DNA from: Eledone cirrhosa
Lineage: Eukaryota
DNA: 64,000 bases
Direction: 5' to 3'
Assembly: GCA_964016885.1 (NCBI GenBank)
Contig: OZ024740.1
Coordinates: 348,502,001-348,566,000, forward strand
A program made the position numbers and the translations under genes. The notes beneath the pieces were generated by a model that was given only the letters and a program-made list of their open reading frames with translations, was not told the origin of the DNA and did not search any database. This document shows positions 52,325 to 64,000 of this stretch, in pieces (position 1 is the first letter of the stretch; the number at the start of each line of letters is the position of its first letter).

Positions 52325-53130
52325 TTACAGCTATCTTGTATCTGGCCAGCTTGCAGGTAGAACTGTTTCGCAAAATTCAGCCAAGAGAATTACGGGTGTT
52401 ATGCTTTTCAACGGATACTCACGACGAGTAATCTCCTTACTACAAAGTTTCTTAGAGCACTAAATAACATATGCGAGTTAAGAGAGAAAGCACATGATCA
52501 TCGCGTGCCAGGCGGATCGAATAGAACGCTAGATTACTAGAAAGAATAGCAGCCAGAACCATCCGATATATTAAATGCTCTACGTTCTATTCGATCCACC
52601 TGGCACGCGATACCCATGTGCTTTCTCTCTTAACATATATGTGTTATTTAGTCTTCTAAGAAACTTAGTAGTGAGGATTAATCACCGTGAGTATCCGTTG
52701 AAAAGCATCACACCCATAATTCTATCTGTAAGCTATCCGGATACATGATAGTCTGTATTTTCTTCACCCTGGCGGTTTCTGTCCCTTTTTATTTGGACAC
52801 ATATAGTTATATATCAGTGTTCGTTTCTCTTTACTGCACTATAAAGCTCGGAATATTTTTTTTGTTTGAGCTATTTTGATTATAGGGGACTAATGTGAGT
52901 TTTTAACTCAATATATAAATTTGATATATATATATATATATTAGACTATATATATGTATTTATATCTGTATTTTTTAACATTTATATATATATATATATA
53001 TATATATATCAAATTTATATATATATATATATAGATGTTAAAAAATACAGAGATACGCCATTTTTATTTTCTTTAAAATAAAAATGGCGTAGACATTACA
53101 ATACATACAATAGAGTAGGGGGAAACATGA

Positions 53131-53190
53131 TAATAGTACCACTGATGATGTTGCAGATGTGCAACGAAAGAACTTTGTAAGACTATATAT
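53131..53190 (+). ncRNA. Hammerhead-like motif in a PLE terminal fragment related to 6730-6990
   Basis: CTGATGA-tgttgc agatgt gcaac-GAAA-gaac...; downstream 53290-53420 resembles 6880-6985. Confidence 0.5.
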
Positions 53191-53756
53191 ATATGTATTT
53201 ATATCTGTATTTTTTAACCGTTGGTCAGTCAATGGTAAACATTGATGGGCAAATGAATTAACTATGGGGATATAAAAGATACAGAAGCGTAAACCAACCA
53301 AACAGTGAGTGTGTTCTATTATTATTTCTGGCAATATTATTACAATAATATGACCCTCCCCAAGTATCACAATATTTTTTTCAACACACGATTTCATATA
53401 AAAAACCTCGCAAAATAAATTTATATATATATATATATGTTAGAAAGTGAGGGTTTTTTTACAAAATGAAAAATAAGCGAGGTGTCCTACACGAGTGAAA
53501 GTATAAGGAAAAAAGATGAAATCGAAAATGCAACTGGAGTATTTTTTTATAAAAAAATATATATTTATTTGGTTCCTTTACCGGTTTCTCAGTTCTTCTG
53601 CTTTTCAAAAGTGGAGTTGAGATGGAGGATCTGTGGTTTTTCTCACATCTGCTTGATCTTTGAATGTTACTTCTGTTTCATATGGAAAAAAGTGGCTCGA
53701 AATGCCAGGTTTTTAGAGAAGTAATTTGGTTGGTTGGTGAATAACTATATATAAGT

Positions 53757-53841
<85 letters not shown>

Positions 53842-53943
53842 TCCAGTTCCTCAGAGAAATAACAACCTAACCAGGAACTGGACATATCAGAGTATTGACA
53901 AAATTATACACCTCAACAACTTGTCTATACCGCACTAATTCGG

Positions 53944-53998
53944 ACTGCCTGAAGAGGTCACAGCCAAAGATGGCTGTCACTGAAATATATATAGCAGT
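53944..53998 (+). ncRNA. Minimal type-I hammerhead ribozyme
   Basis: actgc-CTGAAGA-ggtcacagcc..ggctgtcact-GAAA-tatata-TA-gcagt; (AT)n on both sides. Confidence 0.8.
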
Positions 53999-54048
53999 AA
54001 TAAACGAAGCTAAATTTTAAACATTTGACTTTTTATTTAACTTTATTT

Positions 54049-54079
<31 letters not shown>

Positions 54080-54736
54080 ATGTATGCATATAAGACCGTA
54101 TCTACTTTAATAGAACCAAACCAATGTTATCTACGAACTCAAGCAAATGCAAATCATAAACATTCAATTAATCTTACCCACCAAATCATATCACATGAGC
54201 GATAAAATAGATTCAAGAATATCATTCAAAACCAGCTCTTACAATCATTCAACATTCAACCAGCTCTAATTATTGGTATTGGAGCAACAGCTCTTATCGG
54301 GCTACAGCCGTTATATTACGTAGTTTCTCTATTTCTTGCACCGACTGTTACCTTATTACGTAACTGGTATTGTTCTCACACATAATCAGTACAGCCAACA
54401 TATACACCCAACAATCTTGACCAAATAATGTAAATACAAACAAATTAAAATGAAGAAGAAACACGGAGTAGCAGGAATAGTCATTAAGATTGTCGCAGAA
54501 TGTAGAAAGGGCTTTGTCAATTAAATAACCGCCCGATTACTAATTAATCCAAGGAATGGACTAGTTAGCTGACTAATAATAACGCCGAAGTGAAACTCAA
54601 CATGTGCCTATGTTTTTATTGCGAATATGATCCTTTTATTTATACACTTGCCATTCATCCTCCTGGGTTCGAGGTAAAATAGAGGCTGGAGATTACTGAA
54701 ATCAACTTAATCGCTTATACCATCTCCTAAAATAAT

Positions 54737-54850
54737 TGTTTCTACTTTTGGTTCAAGGCCAGCAATATCCTAGTGCATTACTGGTATTTTATTTTATCGA
54801 CCCCGTAACGATGAAAGGCAAAGTTAACCTCGGCGGGATTTGAACTTAGA
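54737..54850 (-). mobile_element. 5'-truncated SINE with 18-bp TSD
   Basis: TSD accatctcctaaaataat at 54719 and 54851. Confidence 0.9.
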
Positions 54851-55836
54851 ACCATCTCCTAAAATAATATATTTTATCGCTAACACTCTATTATCGAATT
54901 ACGATACTTCAAACCATATCATTTAATACCTTCGACAGTATGTGTAGGCACGTGTATGTACTTGTGAGTAAGTATATAGATGTTTCTGATTTCGTATGTA
55001 TTTGTGCGTTTTTGCCTGTATGTATGTTAAGTTTTGTGTGCGTGCGTGTGTTTGTGTGTGTGCGTGTGATTGTGTGAATGTGATAGTTCATGATTGTATT
55101 TATGCTATATGCATTTGTGTGTAGGTGTGTGTATGTGTCAGACTCATTCTTCGGTATCTCGTATGTTCAGTACTGCGTACTACTCGTTATCAGTGAAACA
55201 GAAATAAGATATTCGTTAGAAGTCGCGTGATATGTGATATGCCTTTTACAGCATTCGAACTAACAACCGATTAAAGGTGAATAAAAAATATATAACTTGC
55301 CTAAAGAGTTAAACTGTAACCTATCCTTCTAAGTATATATTCCAAAAGTTTATTCAAAAGCATATATTATTACTAATGTAGCACCGCTTCTCAAAGCCAC
55401 TGCTTATATCAATTTAAATACATTTCAACGTAATAGTGTCCCATAACTCCCATATAAAAATGCATGTTTACCTCATAGAAAAAAAAATGGTGAGGAAAAT
55501 AGCAACTAAAGGGACATAAAAATATATGAAATCAGAGTTATGGCCCTTTGATAAGATGTCGGGTAAAAAGAAATGTATAAATGTTATAAATAACAAATGA
55601 AGAAACAAACAAATGAAGAAACAAAATAAATAAATAAATAAATAAAACAACTAAATAATATGAATAAATAAATAAAACAAATAAATAACGGATAAATAAA
55701 TAAATAAAAGCAACAAATATAGATAAACAAATAAATAAATAAATTATAAAAAACTTCGGAACAGAAAACTCATTTATTAATATATATGAAATAGTAATTG
55801 CTAAGTAATAGAGTTGATGTTTACATGTATCTAGTG

Positions 55837-56080
55837 CAGAGGTTCTCAAACTTTTGGGGCCATCGACCACCTCACTACCGCGTAATACCCTCAGCCCCCA
55901 AACCCTATTTCCAGAGAGACCTGTCTACACGCAAATTTTAAATAATATATAACAAATACAATCGTTAATTTATATATAATATATAATATAATATATAGTA
56001 TCATTTGACATTTAATGTACTATAATATATCATCTCTACCGCCCCTTATATCTCTCTCACTGCCCCTTAGGACCCTCTGG
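55837..56080. mobile_element. Possible hAT/Charlie-like MITE remnant
   Basis: Starts CAGAGGTTCTCAAACTTTT; no clear second TIR. Confidence 0.35.
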
Positions 56081-56954
56081 ACCCTCTGAACGTTGCTTAT
56101 ATTGAAAGTATTCTTCATAATGTGTGTGTGTAGAGCCTAATAGTGCTATTTTCTATTTGGTGTATATATTGGAAAGTCCTTAGATTTTGGTTATGTGTTT
56201 CTCTGTGTGTTGTTTTTTAGAGCCCCTACAAATATAACCATTGTTTACGTTCTGATATCCAATGCCGCCGGGATTAGCTTTGCCTTTCAGCCTTACGGCG
56301 TCAATAAAATGAAGTACTAGTAACACCCTGGAATCGATTTAATCGATTCCCCCTCTCCTCGAATTGCTGGCCTTGTACCTATAGTAGAAATCACAATAAC
56401 CATAGTTTCTGTCTTTATCGTCCACATTCAGTTTATTTTTATTTTCAGATCATTATACTTTGATAAATTATTCATTTCTTTCAGAGAGATATAGTTTTAT
56501 TTCTTTGCAGTATTTGTCTACAATATCTGGCAAGTTGGCTTTCATCTGCCCCTCTTTGTATATTCGCATATTCCAGAGTATATATGCTTTCATTCCCTGA
56601 TAACATTTTTTTTTTTTTGGGGGGGGGGGGGGGGGGGTACCTTTATCATCTCTTTTCTGGTAGTATTTCATAATGTTGGCATTAATGTGCATTGTATGTA
56701 CATCCAAACGTTGACATCTTTGTGGAAATATTATTTTTGGCTAAGTCTAGGCAGCCAGAGACGATGTGGTTTCTTGCATACATCCACATATTCTACGTTT
56801 ACTGTGTTCCGCATCATTATGCAACAATTATGCATATTTGGAGATTTCGAGAGAGGAGTGATACAATTAGGAATCCGTTAACCTCGGTTTTGGGCCCAGT
56901 ACTTCATCATAATCATCGTCATCATTATCTAGTTTTTGATTATGCAGCATACAA

Positions 56955-57195
56955 TTAATCCCTAAGAAAGGGTGAGTCCTGCCTGATAACACTTCTTAGC
57001 GTCCTGATCCATGTGTTTCTGTCCACCGGTTTCACTTGGGCCAGGCGAAGCCAAACTTGATCCCGATGGACATCCTCCATCCAAGTTCTTTTTGGTATTC
57101 CTGGGCCTCTGCTGCCTCCTGGATCGACATTCATCATCTTGCTGATTCAGCCCTCACTGAGCTCGACATGGCCGTACCAGCGCATGCGTCTCGTG
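56955..57195 (-). pseudogene. RTE LINE 3' end fragment
   Basis: 'GSRGPGIPKRTWMEDV..DRNTW'. Confidence 0.65.
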
Positions 57196-57229
57196 TGAAA
57201 TCCTTAAATAATTTAACATCTGATCTATT

Positions 57230-59150
57230 TAGGTTTTTCGGATATAAGACATATAAGGTGTTTTCTCATAATCGTTTTAGCATAACATTTTGGAGAAGTA
57301 CTTCCAATTTAAAGTTGTTCTACTAAAGAATTGATAGATATCTTATCGTCCGTGGGGATTTGTACATTAATCAGAAGACATTTTTTGTCCTTGATGTCTT
57401 GATTTTAATAATCAGTCGGTTAGCTTTGATCTCTCTGGGTGTTTGTATCCCAGTACATGATTGCTGTCATTTTCTGGTGTATGCCCTTTTTCAGTTGATA
57501 TTTCGTAGGCCTAGCTAACGTCCAGTGCATGTAAATCCCATCTCTATCATGCTTTTTTGACTAAAACTGGACACAATGTGATTAATCGTCTCTTCCTCAT
57601 CACCTCATATTCGGCAGTTATTTACTGTTCTGCTTCCTTATTGACAGTATCGGTAGAGGGTCGGACACCATGCTTTCCAGCATAGTTACGTCCCTTTACG
57701 ATCTGAGTTCAAATCCCGCCGAGGTTGACTTTGCCTTTCATCCTTACGGGGTCGATAAAATAAAGTACCAGAAATGCACTGGGTAATTGCTGGCCTTGTG
57801 CCTAAAGTAGAAACAATTATATATTTTGGGTGACTTCTAGTTGAATGCTATTTTTCAGTCTGTTTGACACTTCCTTCTTTGTGAATTTTCCCAATTGTTC
57901 GAAGGTTTGTTTATAGTCTATGTGTGACGATCTTCCTGCTGCCCATAATTCTCCCCAGAATAATTCTTCTTTTACCTTTGAGGCTATATTTACCTTTATG
58001 TTTACTTCTAAGTTCCTGGTTGGAGTGAAATTGCTGATTGTGTTAAAAAAGACTATTGACGTTTTTCATATCTATGCATTCTTCCTCCTACGCAATTATT
58101 TGTTATATTATATTTCTTTAATATTTTTATTTCCTTCTCTTTTCATGGTTGCGTTGTTTACCTTCCTATTTCATTTATATTTGAGAGATATTTTCTTATA
58201 TCTTATATCTTTTTTGGATCTTTGAGTTTCATGTTTGTGTGGGTTTTACTATTCTTTTTTTGTATAGATCTAAGGCTGTCACTTGTTTTGTAACAATAGT
58301 GGCTGTTGCATATTTTATGTAAGTTAGCTCAGTGCTTCTAAAGTTTTGTGTATGTTAATTAGACCAATGATGGCCAGGTTATGTTTATTTTCTAACTGTT
58401 GTTTTTTACTATTAATATTCATCTTTGGAAAATGTATTGTTTGGTCCATAGGGACATATTTCCATCTTTAACATATTGTTGTCCCGAATTCTGCCTTTAG
58501 GGATCCTTTTTGTTACATTTCCCTTCTCATATTTCCTTTCATTTGTACCTTTGTTTGTGTGTTGCTGAGTTGCACTTTTGTTCAGTATTACGGATATCTT
58601 TTAGCGTTGGGATTTGTTGAATTTTGTTGTGTAATTTATCTATTTGGGATATGTTGGTCCAATTCTTAGGGTTTAAATTATCAATATTTCTATGTTCTTT
58701 AATTGTGTTGAGTTCGCTATTTTCGTTTTTGCATTGTATTCGTTCTTTTAGATACTCTATTTCAATTTCAGATTTTTTTTTTTGTTTTTAATATATATCT
58801 TCTTAGGTTTTCTAGTTTGTTGGAGTCGAGTTTTAAATCAGATTTTATTTGTGTATACTGATGTGTTGTATGGCTTTTCGATTTCATTAGTGGCACTTGA
58901 GTTGTAAAGTCCGCTTCTTAATTTAAAATGTCATCATCTTTGTCTGCTACCAACATTTTTGCTTCTAAATTTCTATGTTTTTCCAGCGCATCTCCCTTAC
59001 CATCCTCCGGGGAAACGCCTTCTCCATTCTGTCTGCCGGGTGTGTGGGGCGGCCAGCACGTGGGGCCCCATTGGCTCACCATACAGAGAGATGGCGAGTG
59101 CGACGACAGTGGAAGTTCGGTTCTTCCGTGTTCGGCCACATTGTACCTGT
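57230..59150 (-). pseudogene. Highly decayed R4/Dong-like (restriction-like endonuclease) retrotransposon, interrupted by a SINE at 57645-57820 (+)
   Basis: Near 57300-57620: 'CRI*GDEEETINHIVSS', 'KHD...MHW', 'WD..IKANR', 'KKCLLINVQIP'. Confidence 0.55.
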
Positions 59151-60149
59151 CAAGAGTGTATATTGATGTACTATTAAATGAATGTGTATTTAGCTAGCAA
59201 TCGAGCACCACCCGGTGAAACTACCACACGGACTTCCCATTATTAACACTCGTTTCACGACTTAAATTCAAAGTCTGTACCTTCATTTTCTTATTCGCTT
59301 TCTGCAGAAATGTTATCTTGTTGATTTATTTTTTATTTCTAGTGTATGTTGTGTTTTTCTTTGATTATTTTGTCATTTCAGCCCACTTCCGTTACGTCAT
59401 TTCATCCCACTTCCATCCTTTTGTTAGTTGTCAATGCTTTTGTCGTTATTAAACTTTTTCTCAACTATATTTTTCGCACGTATTTTCAATATAATAGAGA
59501 CAAACCATTCATGAAATATATTTTTGATAAGGCTGGTTGTTTTTTGTCTAATATATTATTTGTTTCCTCGTTAAATTCACTTTTGTTCTGGCGATGTTAA
59601 TGGATTAATTTTAATTATTGTGGGAAATGTCGTTATAGGCGTCCATAGTTTTATTCAGCGCGTACCTTGTGCTGTAGAAGGACCTCGTTGTTATTGGTTA
59701 GCATTGCTTTTCATCCCTGCAGGGTCGATAAAATAAAGTCGCAGTAACGCAGTGGGGTCGTTTTAATCGACGTTCCCCTCCCCTGCCTTAATCAGAAATT
59801 ATTATTATTATCATTATTAACCTTGTTATTAAGTCTCTCGAGACGTGTGTACACATCGCTTATGCCAGTTTGTTGTTTTCACCCATTTAAAATAGTATTT
59901 TGTTAAATGTGTTTGTTGCAAATAGGATATAAGGCCTAAAGAAGGGAGCCTCCATGATATTTGGGCCTAAAGCACAAATGAATCTACAATTTACGCCCAC
60001 GTGGATTTTTGTAAACACGGAGGTCACACTCCCACTCCAAATCCTGCTGCAAAATTCTCCTCCAGAAAACAATATAGGCGTCACTCTGAAGAGTAATAGT
60101 AACAATGTCAAAAGCAACACCATTGTCACTAACAAGCATTACAGACATC

Positions 60150-60555
60150 ATCAACAAGACCACCGTCACCAACCACAACCACAGCAGCAGCAGCAACAAC
60201 GGAAAGTACAACAAAAACATTAGAAACAATAACAATTGTTCTGACAACAACAATAACGGAAACAACAACGATGACGACAACAACAAATACAAAAGCAACA
60301 ATGGCAACTACAATAAAAACAGAAGCAACAACAACGGCAACAAAAACGACAACAACAACAGCAACAAAAAATGACAACAACAATAACAATAACAGTAACA
60401 ACAACATCAACTACACCAACAGCAGCAACAACAACGGCAACAACGACGACGACAACGACGACAACAACAACAACAGCGGCAACAAAAATCACAACAATAA
60501 TAACAACAATAATAACGACAACAGTAACAACAACAACTGCAACAGCAACAACAGG
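60150..60555. repeat. Degenerate (AAC)n repeat
   Basis: Direct inspection. Confidence 0.9.
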
Positions 60556-60869
60556 CAGGCCAACACCCACTCCAGAAAACAGAAAAGGAATTACATCCTT
60601 ACCTAAAACAATTAAACTACCATCCTAACTGGCAACACAACAACTATACACACCACCATTAACCTTACCGCAACTACAACCAGCCATAGCTAAAATAAAA
60701 CACACGAACACACGAAATCAACAGCAAACAAAACCCAGTAGAGAAAACTTCGTGCTAGTAAGAAGGGCCAGCGAAGAACTCATGGCCCTCATAGCATGAA
60801 GTAAAGATATTGAGAAAGTGGGATAGATTATGGGCACCAGCAAATTTAAGTGTCTGCAACTCTAATAAT

Positions 60870-61051
60870 TGTTTCTACTTTTGGCACAAGGCCAGCAATT
60901 ACCCAGTGCATTACTGCTACTTTATTTTATCGACCCCGTAAGGATGAAAGGCAAAGTTAACCTCGGCGGGATTTGAACTTAGAATGTAAAGGGCCGTAAC
61001 TCTATGCTGTAAAGCATGGTGTCTGACGCTCTACCGATACTACCAATTCAC
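60870..61051 (-). mobile_element. SINE with 16-bp TSD
   Basis: TSD ctgcaactctaataat at 60854 and 61052. Confidence 0.92.
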
Positions 61052-61104
61052 CTGCAACTCTAATAATGTACGAAGGTCACTAGGTAGCTACAAAGAGATT
61101 AGTT

Positions 61105-61138
<34 letters not shown>

Positions 61139-61153
61139 AGAGCGAGACAGAGG

Positions 61154-61198
<45 letters not shown>

Positions 61199-61380
61199 GA
61201 AACTTAGAAGCTTCATCGAATGTTTTTGACTATAGAAGAATATTGTAAATAACAAGGGATATAAGCCCCCTAAAAGGACATGAGCACCTATGGAACTCGA
61301 ACACACACCTTCATACTTGCTGGAAAGAAATGCTACCATCACACCAAAGTGCACGTCACATTTTCTCCCGTTATTTTCAA

Positions 61381-61562
61381 GGCAGTATCGGTAGAGGATC
61401 TGACACCATGCTTTGCAGCAAAGAGTTACGGCCCTTTATGGTTTGAGTTCAAATCCCGCCGAGGTTAATTTTGCCTTTCATCCTTACGGGGGTCGATAAA
61501 ATAAAGTACCAGTAATGCACTGGGTAATTGCTGGCCTTGTGCCAAAAGTAGAAGCAGTTATT
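61381..61562 (+). mobile_element. SINE
   Basis: Family motifs on the plus strand. Confidence 0.9.
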
Positions 61563-61682
61563 TTAAAGCTATACGGCAATAACAAGAGATAAACAAACGA
61601 ATGTATGTTTCGAATTTGATATTTCTATGAGAAACTTAGAAGCGCCATCCAATTGTTTTGGTTATAGAAAGATAGTCTTAAT

Positions 61683-61871
61683 AATTGTTTCTACTTTTAG
61701 CATAAGGCCAGCAATTATCTCTGTGTATTACTGTTTCTTTATTTTATCGACCCCGTAAGGATGAAAGGCAAAGTTAACCTCGGCGGGATTTGAACTCAGA
61801 CCATAAAGGGCTGTAACTCTTTGATTTAAAGCATATCGTCAGACCCTCTACCGGTACTGTAATCCACCGCC
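61683..61871 (-). mobile_element. SINE
   Basis: Family motifs; 'cttaataatt' on both sides. Confidence 0.88.
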
Positions 61872-62649
61872 TTAATAATTGTGCATATAACGGAAGAAAA
61901 TGGACGTTATCACCTTCAGGAAACGAACCCACACCGTCATGCTTGCCGAAGGTCTCATATGTACAATCTCTAGGGCAGATCTTATATATGAGATCTTATA
62001 CCAATCATGTAGTTTTTACGAATTGGATACCATATATAAATTGTCACAAATCAACAATATACAGTTTTTCTGTCATCCGTTATCTAGCCGCTAAAATAAT
62101 TCATTTACAAGAAAGCTACTTTGGGCCAGTAGTTATTGACATTCCTGATCCAAACTAGAGCGGGATCCGGGAATTGACATGATTTATTGACGGCGGGAAT
62201 AAACTATAGAGATAATAATATGTTTTCTTATATTAGGAGGAAGCGTCAAATCCGATTTGCAGGAACTATGGTCGATTGACTTCGACTTAATGCATGGCAG
62301 GTACTTTTTTTAAAAAACACATCTGTTTAAGAGTGGGTCCCTATGCGATCACATGAGCTGCTAGAAATAACAGTATTTACTCCCTCTTGAATAGGGAGAG
62401 GACCTATTTATTAACGTAGTCTATTAAATACATATCTGGGGGAAAATGATTGAAAGTACAAGGCTTGAATCATTTCATCATAGATCCGCTTAATTAGGCC
62501 TGCCTTGTGGCAAAACATGTACAACAAAACTGAAAAGTTGAAGTTTAAATTTAACTCTGCTAGAACTACCGGACGTAAAATTAAGTGTTAATATGACATC
62601 ACATTAAAACAGGAAGTATCAAGCATGATTTCATAAAATATGTTTATGT

Positions 62650-63783
62650 TGAAAACAAGAATAAACCTCTTGGCAATACTGACACGATTTCTCGAGGACC
62701 TGCCGTAATGTGAATATTTGGTCGGAATTTTTGTGTCCGGGGCGAAAGCCACACTGATCATCGGGTAGCTTGAACACGACAATATCCCTGCATCTCTTTG
62801 CCAGACACTTAGCATAGACACGTTACCGAGGAGGCTTAACAAGGTGATCCTTATGTAATTGGAACAATCTTTCTTGTTTCCCTTTTTGAAAATTGGGATT
62901 ATCACACCCGACTGATATTGCTTAGGTGTCTTTCCAGAGTTCCAGGCAACTCGGCGCACACGTGCCAGCCAGATAATACCTTAACCTTCCCCAACGCCTT
63001 GCTACATTTAAGTTCTTTAAATGCTCTTGGGACATCAACCTCTCAGAATTTAGTCAACGCTCCCAGATACACCTCGTGTACATCCGAATATGCTGTTCTG
63101 ATCGGAGTTAGATCATCAAAGTATTCTCTCCACCTCGGGAGGATGCACCTCTCTAAGAGAGAAGAACCCAGAGACTGAATTAAGTACAAGAATTGCAGAA
63201 ACTGGTGCAGTAATACACCAGCTTCAGCATTGAGTAATCAGAAGGGAGGTAGGTGTAAAAGCAAAACTCGCTATCTTCAATTCGATATTCGTGCCAACCT
63301 TTACCTATGGTCATAAATCTTGGGTAACGACCGAAAGAATGAAGGAAGGCAGAAGGGTGTTTGGAATAACATTACTTGATAGATTACGTAGCTCCGACAT
63401 CAGGTAGTCTCTCCAGGTAGAGCCGCTACTGAGAAATCACAGATCCAATACTATGGGCATGTCGTTGGAATGTTTCAGGAAAGAATCGCTGGACAGGTTT
63501 TACGAGAAAAACCAACCGGCAGGAGACTCAGGGGTAAACTCTGAGCATGATGGTTGGATAATATCTACGAGCTTCCCTGATCTCGCTTGGGGATCCATGC
63601 GGATCAGTTGGAGACACTTGCTTCTGATATGACTCGCTGGGCGGAGTGTTTGAGGACTCTGCCCCCAGGAAGGAGAAGAAGAAGAAGAAGAAGAAGAAGA
63701 AGAAGAAGAAGAAGAAGAAGAAGAAGAAGAAGAAGAAGAAGAAGAAGAAGAAGAAGAAGAAGAAGAAGAAGAAGAAGAAGAAG

Positions 63784-63813
<30 letters not shown>
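62650..63813. mobile_element. RTE/Expander-like LINE: inverted RT N-terminal piece (-, 62650-63180) joined to the 3' piece (+, 63180-63672) with an (AAG)n tail
   Basis: Minus: 'GVIIPIFKKGNKKDCSNY.RITLLSLLG', 'DQCGFRPG'. Plus: 'IFVPTFTYGHKSW', 'YYGHV..M..ERI', then (GAA)n to 63813. Confidence 0.8.
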
Positions 63814-63814
<1 letters not shown>

Positions 63815-64000
63815 TTATGTTGTTTCTCTGTTTAATGTTAAGATGATTATGTTCAGGCTATCTAGCATAGACAGAGTGACTGAAGGACTGAGTGATGTTG
63901 CTATTTAGCGCCTGTTGAAATCTAATTGATCTGACCTATAACCAAAGACATTTTAGCCAAGGCCATCCAATTCTAATTCTTACATTGTATACCTACCACT

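Overview
AT-rich, microsatellite-dense eukaryotic DNA with no supportable host protein-coding exon, so it is intergenic or intronic. The abundant tRNA-derived SINE and long (AT)n tracts suggest an octopod cephalopod (inference). Content: a near-full-length but decayed Tx1/L1-clade LINE (13.1-18.3 kb) and a 5'-truncated sister copy, both inserted at the same motif of a purine-rich minisatellite; several Penelope-like elements (PLEs; RT plus GIY-YIG); RTE, R4-like and Chapaev-like fossils; two non-autonomous Helitron-like elements; about 20 SINE copies. The main hidden signal is about 15 type-I hammerhead ribozyme (HHR) motifs (CUGAnGA...GAAA...UH), mostly in elements sitting in (AT)n tracts. 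The most striking case is a near-identical ~560-bp non-coding tandem array plus inverted copy (26.55-29.18 kb). Each full unit carries an HHR, and the unit ends look like Helitron termini, i.e. a candidate Helitron/retrozyme hybrid. A second HHR-bearing ~665-bp unit lies next to it. Several fold-back hairpins are centred on HHR stem II, and two families use a compensatory U3:A8 catalytic-core variant. All calls were made by eye; no searches or folding computations were run.
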